Shown here piece after piece: positions 1-12,100 of a stretch of DNA of 64,000 nucleotides. The first letter of the stretch is position 1, and every line of letters starts with the position of its first letter. The DNA lies in NCBI GenBank assembly GCA_040954595.2, contig CM082593.2:9371200-9435199 (forward strand), in the 5' to 3' direction. A model generated the notes under the pieces. The model ran no database searches. It was not told where the DNA came from and saw nothing but the letters and a program-made list of their open reading frames with translations. The position numbers were made by a program, and so were the translations under genes. Source of the stretch: Balanoglossus misakiensis (Eukaryota > Animalia > Hemichordata).

Positions 1-211
1 TTCAATTTTTGTGACATTATACTCATGCTCCTCCTTCATTACTTACAGGATGGAGACACTCCTTCGCATGATGCAGCAAGGAGGGATGGTGGTGAAGGCC
101 TTGTCAGATTGTTATAGACCTTATTCACGCGTCAGCCATGTTGATACCAAAACGAGGCTCTAAACGCTACGATACGTCATGTAAGGTCAACGACCGTAGC
201 CAGGGAGCACA

Positions 212-2573
212 ATGGCCGCACTTAAAAGAGCAGACGACAATTCGCCGGCTCAGATTTACTCGTCGTGGACGAGTAATCTGGCAAACGTGCCCGACATTTC
301 TTTTGGCGACGTCAGTGTGATTGTGAAAGCCGTATCAAAAGCTCCTAAGAACAATTTAAGAAAAGGCTACAAGTTCTTCCATGGATCGTACGTACACGAT
401 ATGAAAAGTAAGTAGACGTCTGATCGTACCTGATTTGTTTACATTTTTTTGTAGAGGCGCAAGTGTCATGTATCATCCCAAAAATATTGTTAATTGTTGT
501 TTTTTATCCTTTGGGAAAGTTTAAAATCGAAATGCTGCAATTACAATAGTTTTTTTAGCATATTTATATATATTTTTAATAAGTTGTAATCTGATACAAA
601 CGACGACAACAAAAACAAAGGCGCCGAAAGGGCCGGAAGCCTATTCGTCGGCCGTCCGTTTTTCTTGTGCGGATCGAAGAAACATGACTGCGGAATCTCA
701 TTTCAATGTGTCCATTGTGATGTAGTGCGTTACTTCTGAAAATTGATATTAATTTCGACGGAAAAATGTTTTAGCCGTGTGCGCGGGCAATAGTTGTAGG
801 CAAAGGCACGCGATACGATCGCTTCGCGATGGGCTGCAGTAACTGTATGGAGTTCTTCCATACAGTTACTGCAGCCCGATCGCGAAGCGATCGTATCGCT
901 TGCCTTTGATTGTAGGTAAATATCCTGATGTTTATTTTTTTCAATTTCAGTAAAAATGTTTGAGGAAGGGTGTCATGCCAAGTGTTTGTGTTATCGTTCC
1001 ATGAAAAAGAATGAACCACCTCATAGATTGATGGTAAGTTATTGAAGTACTACTAGTAGTCCATTGCTCGCGGTCGTAGTTGTTCACGTCTATTTCATGC
1101 GTTCTCACGCAAATATTTTATGCAAATATTAATCACGTAGAACCCATTAGACTACGGTCACTCCACACATAACAAAGCAAATCGGGCTTCAGAATCATTT
1201 CCTTGATGATAACACAAGGATTTGCTACTTTGTGTGTGTACAAATGAGTAATGTGTATTTGGATCAAACCATTGAATAAAAAGGGAACAGCTGTGAAACA
1301 TTACCGGTTACCAACTTTTTTTTTCAATTTGATATTACAGATAAGTTTGTTGAATGACAAATCAATCAGGCAACACCAGTGTTCGTGTACAGCAGGCAAA
1401 GGTATGTGCAACCACATATCTGCTATGCTGTACCAGATTGCCCATTACAAGACCATGGGACTAAAATCAATACCAGAAATAGTGTGCAAAACTTCGGCAC
1501 CTCAACAATGGCATATACCACCTAGGACTCATGGCATCAAACCAAGGGATGTATCCAGCGTGAAGTTCATCAAGCCCAAGTCCGAAGGTTCTAATTCATG
1601 TATAAAGAGTACGCTCTATAATCCCGTAAACAGTGACTTTCCTGATTTTAATTTAATGTCTAATTTGCATAAATCTTTATCAGTGTCACACAAATCAGCT
1701 CAAATTTTTCAAGTTCTTCCTGACAGCTTTGACAACTTACAAATGACAGCTACATCATATGGTAATGTAATAACAGGCAGTGTGCTTTCTTACCAATTGC
1801 CAAAACCACAATCTGATGGATCAGTAATTAAACTCCCCCAACTTGTATCTTGTCCAAAATTGCCCCTGAATAATTATCATATCCAGTTCGATTATAATGT
1901 CGTTCTTAGTGCTCCCCAACAGCAGTATTTTCAAGGTATTCAATTATCTTTGGAAGAGTGCCATGAAATTGAAATGCTGACAAGAAAGCAAAGTGAATGC
2001 CCTGAGTGGCATAAACTCAGAAAGTCTCGCATCACTTCGTCCCACTTCAAAGATGTAGTGTGCCGTGTCAAAGACTTTGACACATTAGCTGACAGACTGA
2101 CATCAACGAAAAACATACAGACAGCAGCCATGAAATATGGGTTAGAGCATGAAGCTCGGGCAGCATTAGATTATGCAAATGTTAGAAATGTAAATGTGTA
2201 TTTATGTGGCTTTTTAATTCATCCTTGTATTCCTTTCTTGGGTTCAACCCCAGATAGAATTGTATATGATCCAAGTCAACCTTCACCTTTTGGGACACTT
2301 GAAATTAAATGTCCTGTCAAATCCTCTTACACAGAATGTACTTACCTAAAGTGTGTGGGGGGAGTGTACAAGCTAAAGAAATCGCATCAGTACTACTACC
2401 AGGTAATGGGGCAAATGGGACTTTCAGGTTTACCATGGGGGGATTTTGTGGTTTGGGCAACTGATGACATCCACATTGAACGAATTTATTTTGACACCAC
2501 TCTTTGGAATGAAATGTTAAATAAACTGACAAAATTTTATTTTGAAAATCACATATTGAAATTGGTGTCATAA
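212..2573 (+). CDS. SWIM zinc finger + YqaJ/lambda-exonuclease-like PD-(D/E)XK nuclease of the ISL2EU element; join(212..407,951..1033,1341..2573), ~503 aa, intact
   Basis: GT-AG introns with matching phases. SWIM motif CSCTAGKGMCNH. YqaJ motifs WHKLRKSRITSS, YGLEHE, FLGSTPD, LEIKCP, YYYQVMGQM. Confidence 0.88.
801..908. repeat. Near-perfect ~50-bp stem-loop in intron 1 of the YqaJ gene
   Basis: caaaggcacgcgatacgatcgcttcgcgatgggctgcagtaactgtatgga-gttct-tccatacagttactgcagcccgatcgcgaagcgatcgtatcgcttgcctttg; one mismatch and one 1-nt bulge. Confidence 0.9.
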
Positions 2574-3183
2574 TGATTTGGGGTGCATCCTGCTTTGGAT
2601 TTCATTGGGATGTGGACAGATTTTCAGGCTGCATTCTTCTGTAATAAGTGTTTAATATATTTCTAACATGATACATGTGTGTGATAGTGAGTTTAAGGCT
2701 GAAGAACTAAGTTCTCATAGAAATAAATGTGATGCACTGACAAGATGCAAGTTTGTTGTGTGTTTTTTAACCATGAATGTCAATACATGATGTTGTTACA
2801 ATTCATATTGATGTAAAGTATAGTTCCAGGACTAGAAAATTTGGTATATTTCAGATACCTAAGAAAAATTGAAGAAAACTAATATTACATTTTTAAAGAT
2901 GTTTCTTTAATGCATTATTCATTTCAACAACTTACTATTACATATATGGCACATATCAACAACGTGAGTTCATCATGTGGAAAAATCTATTCATGTAATA
3001 CTGATCACTGTTGATATAAAAAAAAATTAAAAATTAAAAAAAATGTGACAGGCCCCTTCACCATGACTTCTCTGTTAAGGGAATTAGCTGCTGAGAAATA
3101 CCACTCACTGGATCAATGTACACAGTAACATATATAGAGGTGTCACAATACAAGCGCTGCGCTGTCGTCAGGAGTCGATTCCA

Positions 3184-3992
3184 GACTCCAGAACAAATCC
3201 AGAACTGCACACAGAACTCCAAATTTATAGACAATTCGTTACTAAAAATAAGTATCATGACATCATTAAAAATATGATGTAACTTTCTAAAATTAACCAT
3301 TCCAAAAACTTCTAAAACTTCATGAATGTTCTAACAAAGTCTTACCAATTCCACCTTGACATTCGAATGACCTAGAACTTTCCAAGTATTTCAGGAATAT
3401 GTATAACAATGAAATAACATTGTCTTGTGTCAAGAGGTTACATCTTAAGACATAACTTTAAAATGCAAAATATCTTACAGGAAGTGAAATCTGATTCGTT
3501 CTGAAGTATGACCAAATGCCTGAATGTTTTAGAGATATTTATCCATCTACACGTGTTATGGCTGATTAGATAAGAAGTTCAAAACAGGAGTAGATTCGCA
3601 GACCGCCACAACGTAGTGACCTCCAGGTTCTTTTATACTGGTTGGTGTAACACTGAAGGAAACACACACGCTATCACAATAGCAAGTCTTCACCGTGAAA
3701 ACACCAGTGAACTTATATTCACTCTGCTGGTACAATCGCCCAACGCGACTCCAGAACAAATCCAGAACTGCACACAGAACTCCAAATTTATAGTCAATTC
3801 GTTACTTAAAATAAGTATGACATCATAAAAAATATGATGTAACTTTCTAAAATTAACCATTCCAGAAACTTCTAAAACTTCATGAATGTTCGAACAAAGT
3901 CTTACCAATTCCACTTTGACATTCGAATGACCTTAGAACTTTCCAAGTATTTCCGAAAAATATGCATAACAATGAAATGACAATGTCTTGTG
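3184..3992 (+). repeat. ~245-bp direct duplication (3184-3429 and 3747-3992) between the 3' ends of the two ISL2EU genes
   Basis: Both copies begin gactccagaacaaatccagaactgcacacagaactcc and end tgtcttgtg, with few substitutions. Confidence 0.9.
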
Positions 3993-4021
3993 ACACTTAG
4001 ATATGATAATGGTACTGTACA

Positions 4022-6123
4022 TTAGAACAATGGCCCTTTAAATAATGTGAGTAAACAACACACGGTCCAAATTTGTGTTGCTGAACCAGCCAAACTAAGA
4101 GGTAAAACAGAATCAAAAATGTGATATTCTTTGACTCGTCTAATGGCACGCTCCACGTGGATTCTTACGCGAGCAATCTCTTGAGTTTCCTCCACTTCGC
4201 CTGTGGTGAACTGCCCTCTTGTAGCAGTGAGGAAAGGTGGTATATTAAGAGTTGCGTTCCGTGTACACAAGAGATCCTGAATGACAAAACCCTTGTCTGC
4301 CATCACGCTGTCCCCTGGCTCACACAAATCAATAATGCCACTTTGTTTAGTGATTTCTTTATCAGAAATCGACCCTGCATATAGCCCAGACACAAAACTT
4401 GGACACCCTGAAGGGGTAATACCAACAAGACCTTTAAAAGTCGTCGCGCTCTTATAGTTGGAATAAAATTCAGAATTAAGACTCAGAGAGGAAGGTGTTT
4501 GCACTTTCACTTCTGTGCAGTCTAAAATAACACGTGTAGATGGATAAATATCTCTAAAACATTCAGGCATACATTGATCAATCTTAGCCCTACTTGGCCA
4601 TATGGGAAGCGAACCCAGCTGAAAATAAAGAAAATTACTCCAGGTAATAATTGTACGACTTACTGTAGACTGAGATATGTTAAATCGTACAGCAATATCT
4701 TGCTGAAACAAACCCAATCTCGCTTTCACTAGAAATAAAAAGAACTGGTCAATAAGTGGCAGACTTTCCTTGCGAAATGAAACATCAGTGAGAATGTTGT
4801 CATTACTGCCACTCCTTTGTCTTTGTATTTGTGTCCATCTCGTCATTTTCTCTGCTGATGGTTTCAACTGCTCAAAGACATCAAGCAGCAACTCATAAGA
4901 TTCAAATCCTGTGTAAAATTTAATCATTTGTGGATCATTGGAAAATCTCTGAGCACAAAATTTATGGATGGATAGCACACTTATTTTTTTTTCAAGTTCC
5001 TCAATGTAAGTTGCTGCTTGTTGAAGCCTCTCCTCAGTAGTTGACAGGTAGTCATGGTCAGTAGCACTAGCTTGATGTGTACATATGTCTCTTTCATCTT
5101 TCACCCTAAAAAAAGAAATTAAAAAAAAAAGAGTTTAAGAGAAAAAGATAACACTTTAGCTTGTCTACCTGGGATATCATTCATTTTAGCCTCACATAAT
5201 GCACGTTTGAACAAACAGACAGCGTTGAGAATATCATGTTTTTAAACACAGGTGACAGATGAGTGACAGCTATCAAATTTTATGGGCAAAAAAAAAGTTT
5301 AAAATTTCTCTGAGTCTATGATGAAACATAAACCTACCTGTCACTTCTTGCATCTGGACTTACTAGTTGTCGTTTTCTTGGTGGTTTACGAATGGGAATG
5401 TCCTTTGTCCAACTGAATACTGTAGGTACAGCATTTTTGACCAAACATCTCATCCCTGTCAAGGTTCTCGTACAGTCTTCTGGTTTGAAATGAACTGAGC
5501 ATACTTTGGTATGTGGTTTGATCTACAAAAAGAAAGAAAGAAAACACAGCTGTTAACTCCAGCCTTGTTCAAGGAAACAACACCACAGCCAGGCTGGGGC
5601 TTGAACTCATGATCAGCGATACACCAGCCCACCACCAAGGCTACAATTATTGCAGCTACCTGTGCGCTTGTAGTACATGTACATTTTGAAACCATACAAA
5701 TCCCACAAACATATGACCCAAAACAACCAGTTTATTCAGCAACTTCGTCCCTCGCGCTACCAACAAAGAAGACAAATCTTGTTTTCCTTCCAAAACGATT
5801 AGAAGAAAAGGCGTAAATGACTGACAATACTAGTGTCGTGACAGTGATAAACAACACCGAAGTTGCGCTGCGCGTACGACAGTCAACGATGATATGTACG
5901 GACAAAATGTCGTTCACAACTCCATCACAGTCGCGCCAAAACTTAAAATCGTGAAAAAAGCAAGACTTACCTGGAAATTTGGGCCAACATCACGGCGAAT
6001 AGCTACAATCCACTGTTTCCGAGTAAATGTGTCTGATGGGAAACTGTGGAACGATACTTCCGGGTCCTTTGTGTATCTTGAATCATTTGCACACAGCGGA
6101 ACACAACAATGGTACGCCGCCAT
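4022..6123 (-). CDS. THAP + HTH + DDE (Harbinger/IS5-like) transposase; complement(join(4022..5105,5338..5522,5971..6123)), ~473 aa, intact
   Basis: THAP split over exons 1-2 (CCVPLC...FHSFP...W; KVCSVHF...AVPTVF). Catalytic motifs ILDCTE, MADKGF, RIHVERAI. Splice phases are consistent. Confidence 0.92.
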
Positions 6124-9100
6124 ATTAATATTAATGACCTGGGAGGGGTTTGCGTTAAGAGCCTCGTTTTGGTTTCAAGATGGATGACGCGTGAATAAGG
6201 AGTATTGGAACACAAAGCTGATGCTAACATACAAAACAAGGTAAATACCAACCTGACTTCTGCAGGTTAATTCTGAAAGTATTGAAATATTTTTTTGTTT
6301 TTTTTTGTTTAAGGAAATTTCACATTATATTTCAATTTTTGTGACATTATTCTCATGCTCCTCCTTTATTACTTACAGGATGGAGACACTCCTTTGCATT
6401 ATGCAGCAAGGGATGGTGATGAAGGCCATGTCAGATTGTTATTGGAACACAAAGCTGATGTTTACATACAAAACAAGGTAAATACCAACCTGACTGCTGC
6501 AGGTTTATTCTATCAGTGCGGATATATTTATTCATTTTTTTGTTTGTTTGTTCATTTACGGAAATTTCACATTATATTTCAATTTTGTGACATTATTCTC
6601 ATGCTCCTCCTTCATTACTTAAAGGATGGAGACACTCCTTTGCATTATGCAGCAAGGAGGGTTGGCAAAGGCCTTGTCAGATTGTTATTGGAACACAAAG
6701 CTAATGCTAACATACAAAACAAGGTAAAGACCAACCTGACTTCTGCAGGTTAATTCTATCAATGCGGATATATTTATTCATTTATTTGTTTGTTTGTTTT
6801 TTTATGGAAATTTCACATAATATTTCAATTTTTGTGACATTATTCTCATGCTCCTCCTTCATTACTTACAGGATGGAGACACTCCTTTGCATTATGCAGC
6901 AAGGAGGGTTGGTGGTGAATGCCTTGTCAGATTGTTATTGGAACACAAAGCTGATGCTAACATACAAAACAAGGTAAATACCAACCTGACTTCAGCAGGT
7001 TTATTCTATCACTGCGGATATATTTATTCATTTATTTGTTTGTTTGTTTGTTTAAGGAAATTTCACATTAGATTTCAATTTTTGTGACATTATTCTCATG
7101 CTCCTCCTTCATTACTTACAGGATGGAGACACCCTTTTGCATTATGCAGCAATGTTTCGTGATGAAGGCCGTGTCAGATTGTTATTGGAACACAAAGCTG
7201 ATGCTAACATACAAAACAAGGTAAATACCAACCTGACTTCTATAGGTTAATTCTGAAAGTATTGAAATATTTTTTTGTTTTTTTTTGTTTAAGGAAATTT
7301 CACATTATATTTCAACTTTTGTGACATTATTCTCATGCTCCTCCTTCATTACTTACAGGATGGAGACACTCCTTTGCATTATGCAGTAAGGGATGGTGAT
7401 GAAGGCCATGTCAGATTGTTATTGGAACACAAAGCTGATGTGACCATACAAAACAAGGTAAATACCAACCTGACTTCTGCAGGTTTATTCTATCAATGCG
7501 GATATATTTATTCATTTATTTGTTTGTTTGTTTGTTTATGGAAATTTCACATAATATTTCAATTTTTGTGACATTATTCTCATGCTCCTCCTTCATTACT
7601 TACAGGATGGAGACACTCCTTTGCATTATGCAGCAAGGAGGGTTGGCAAAGGCCTTGTCAGATTGTTATTGGAACACAAAGCTGATGCTAACATACAAAA
7701 CAAGGTAAAGACCAACCTGACTTCTGCAGGTTAATTCTATCAATGCGGATATATTTATTCATTTATTTGTTTGTTTGTTTAAGGAAATTTCACATTAGAT
7801 TTCTATTTTTGTGACATTATTCTCATGCTCCTCCTTCATTACTTACAGGATGGAGACACCCTTTTGCATTATGCAGCAAGGTTTCGTGATGAAGGCCGTG
7901 TCAGATTGTTATTGGAACACAAAGCTGATGCTAACATACAAAACAAGGTAAATACCAACCTGACTTCTATAGGTTAATTCTGAAAGTATTGAAATATTTT
8001 TTTGTTTTTTTTTGTTTAAGGAAATTTCACATTATATTTCAATTTTTGTGACATTATTCTCATGCTCCTCCTTCATTACTTACAGGATGGACACACTCCT
8101 TTGCATTATGCAGTAAGGGATGGTGATGAAGGCCATGTCAGATTGTTATTGGAACACAAAGCTGATGTGACCATACAAAACAAGGTAAATACCAACCTGA
8201 CTTCTGCAGGTTTATTCTATCAATGCGGATATATTTATTCATTTATTTGTTTGTTTGTTTGTTTATGGAAATTTCACATAATATTTCAATTTTTGTGACA
8301 TTATTCTCATGCTCCTCCTTCATTACTTACAGGATGGAGACACTCCTTTGCATTATGCAGCAAGGAGGGTTGGTGGTGAATGCCTTGTCAGATTGTTATT
8401 GGAACACAAAGCTGATGCTAACATACAAAACAAGGTAAATACCAACCTGACTTCAGCAGGTTTATTCTATCACTGCGGATATATTTATTCATTTATTTGT
8501 TTGTTTGTTTGTTTAAGGAAATTTCACATTAGATTTCAATTTTTGTGACATTATTCTCATGCTCCTCCTTCATTACTTACAGGATGGAGACACTCCTTCG
8601 CATGATGCAGAAAGGAGGGATGGTGGTGAAGGCCTTGTCAGATTGTTATTGGAACACAAAGCTGATGCTAACATACAAAACAAGGTAAATACCAACCTGA
8701 CTTCTGCAGGTTAATTCTGAAAGTATTGAAATATTTTTTTTTTTTTTTTTGTTTAAGGAAATTTCACATTATATTTCAATTTTTGTGACATTATTCTCAT
8801 GCTCCTCCTTCATTACTTACAGGATGGAGACACTCCTTTGCATTATGCAGCAAGGAGGGATGGTGGTGAAGGCCTTGTCAGATTGTTATTGGAACACAAA
8901 GCTGATGTTTACATACAAAACAAGGTAAATACCAACCTGACTGCTGCAGGTTTATTCTATCAGTGCGGATATATTTATTCATTTATTTGTTTGTTTGTTC
9001 GTTTACGGAAATTTCACATTATATTTCAATTTTTGTGACATTATTCTCATGCTCCTCCTTCATTACTTACAGGATGGAGGGTTGGCAAAGGCCTTGTCAG

Positions 9101-12100
9101 ATTGTTATTGGAACACAAAGCTGATGCTAACATACAAAACAAGGTAAATACCAACCTGACTTCTGCAGGTTTATTCTATCAATGCGGATATATTTATTCA
9201 TTTATTTGTTTGTTTGTTTGTTTATGGAAATTTCACATAATATTTCAATTTTTGTGACATTATTCTCATGCTCCTCCTTCATTACTTACAGGATGGAGAC
9301 ACTCCTTTGCATTATGCAGCAAGGAGGGTTGGCAAAGGCCTTGTCAGATTGTTATTGGAACACAAAGCTGATGCTAACATACAAAACAAGGTAAAGACCA
9401 ACCTGACTTCTGCAGGTTAATTCTATCAATGCGGATATATTTATTCATTTATTTGTTTGTTTGTTTAAGGAAATTTCACATTAGATTTCTATTTTTGTGA
9501 CATTATTCTCATGCTCCTCCTTCATTACTTACAGGATGGAGACACCCTTTTGCATTATGCAGCAAGGTTTCGTGATGAAGGCCGTGTCAGATTGTTATTG
9601 GAACACAAAGCTGATGCTAACATACAAAACAAGGTAAATACCAACCTGACTTCTATAGGTTAATTCTGAAAGTATTGAAATATTTTTTTGTTTTTTTTTG
9701 TTTAAGGAAATTTCACATTATATTTCAATTTTTGTGACATTATTCTCATGCTCCTCCTTCATTACTTACAGGATGGAGACACTCCTTTGCATTATACAGT
9801 AAGGGATGGTGATGAAGGCCATGTCAGATTGTTATTGGAACACAAAGCTGATGCTAACATACAAAACAAGGTAAATACCAACCTGACTTCTGCAGGTTTA
9901 TTCTATCAATGCGGATATATTTATTCATTTATTTGTTTGTTTGTTTGTTTGTTTGTTTAAGGAAATTTCACATTAGATTTCAATTTTTGTGACATTATTC
10001 TCATGCTCCTCCTTCATTACTTACAGGATGGAGACACTCCTTCGCATGATGCAGCAAGGAGGGATGGTGGTGAAGGCCTTGTCAGATTGTTATTGGAACA
10101 CAAAGCTGATGCTAACATACAAAACAAGGTAAATACCAACCTGACTTCAGCAGGTTTATTCTATCACTGCGGATATATTTATTCATTTATTTGTTTGTTT
10201 GTTTGTTTAAGGAAATTTCACATTAGATTTCAATTTTTGTGACATTATTCTCATGCTCCTCCTTCATTACTTACAGGATGGAGACACTCCTTCGCATGAT
10301 GCAGAAAGGAGGGATGGTGGTGAAGGCCTTGTCAGATTGTTATTGGAACACAAAGCTGATGCTAACATACAAAACAAGGTAAATACCAACCTGACTTCTG
10401 CAGGTTAATTCTGAAAGTATTGAAATATTTTTTTTTTTTTTTTGTTTAAGGAAATTTCACATTATATTTCAATTTTTGTGACATTATTCTCATGCTCCTC
10501 CTTCATTACTTACAGGATGGAGACACTCCTTCGCATTATGCAGCAAGGAGGGATGGTGGTGAAGGCCTTGTCAGATTGTTATTGGAACACAAAGCTGATG
10601 TTTACATACAAAACAAGGTAAATACCAACCTGACTGCTGCAGGTTTATTCTATCAGTGCGGATATATTTATTCATTTATTTGTTTGTTTGTTCGTTTACG
10701 GAAATTTCACATTATATTTCAATTTTTGTGACATTATTCTCATGCTCCTCCTTCATTACTTACAGGATGGAGACACTCCTTTGCATTATGCAGCAAGGAG
10801 GGTTGGCAAAGGCCTTGTCAGATTGTTATTGGAACACAAAGCTGATGCTAACATACAAAACAAGGTAAATACCAACCTGACTTCAGCAGGTTTATTCTAT
10901 CAATGCGGATATATTTATTCATTTATTTGTATGTTTGTTTGTTTAAGGAAATTTCACATTAGATTTCAACTTTTGTGACATTATTCTCATGCTCCTCCTT
11001 CATTACTTATAGGATGGAGACACTCCTTCGCATGATGCAGCAAGGAGGGATGGTGGTGAAGGCCTTGTCAGATTGTTATTGGAACACAAAGCTGATGCTA
11101 ACATACAAAACAAGGTAAATACCAACCTGACTTCAGTAGGTTTATTCTATCAATGCGGATATATTTATTTATTTATTTGTTTGTTTGTTTGTGTAAGGAA
11201 ATTTCACATTAGATTTCAATTTTTGTGACATTATTCTCATGCTCCTCCTTCATTACTTACAGGATGGAGACACTCCTTCGCATGATGCAGCAAGGAGGGA
11301 TGGTGGTGAAGGCCTTGTCAGATTGTTATTGGAACACAAAGCTGATGCTAACATACAAAACAAGGTAAATACCAACCTGACTTCTGCAGGTTAATTCTGA
11401 AAGTATTGAAATATTTTTTTTTTTTTTTTTGTTTAAGGAAATTTCACATTATATTTCAATTTTTGTGACATTATTCTCATGCTCCTCGTTTATTACTTAC
11501 AGGATGGAGACACTCCTTTGCATTATGCAGCAAGGAGGGTTGGTGGTGAAGGCCTTGTCAGATTGTTATTGGAACACAAAGCTGATGTGACAATACAAAA
11601 CAAGGTAAATACCAACCTGACTTCTGCAGGTTTATTCTATCAATGCGGATATATTTATTCATTTATTTGTTTGTTTGTTTGTTTATGGAAATTTCACATA
11701 ATATTTCAATTTTTGTGACATTATTCTCATGCTCCTCCTTCATTACTTACAGGATGGAGACACTCCTTTGCATTATGCAGCAAGGAGAGTTGGTAGTGAA
11801 TGCCTTGTCAGATTGTTATTGGAACACAAAGCTGATGCTAACATACAAAACAAGGTAAATACCAACCTGACTTCAGCAGGTTTATTCTATCACTGCGGAT
11901 ATATTTATTCATTTATTTGTTTGTTTGTTTGTTTGTTTGTTTAAGGAAATTTCACATTAGATTTCAATTTTTGTGACATTATTCTCATGCTCCTCCTTCA
12001 TTACTTACAGGATGGAGACACTCCTTCGCATGATGCAGCAAGGAGGGATGGTGGTGAAGGCCTTGTCAGATTGTTATTGGAACACAAAGCTGATGCTAAC

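Larger units (their letters stand above)
116..6203. mobile_element. Autonomous ISL2EU-type (PIF/Harbinger-related) DNA transposon, 6088 bp, inserted into an ankyrin exon
   Basis: Imperfect ~52-bp TIRs: left agaccttattcacgcgtcagccatgttgataccaaaacgaggctctaaacgc; right reverse complement actccttattcacgcgtcatccatcttgaaaccaaaacgaggctcttaacgc. AT is repeated at 114-115 and 6204-6205. The empty site gttATtggaacac is visible in the neighbouring ankyrin units. Two convergent genes: THAP-DDE transposase and YqaJ nuclease. Confidence 0.93.
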
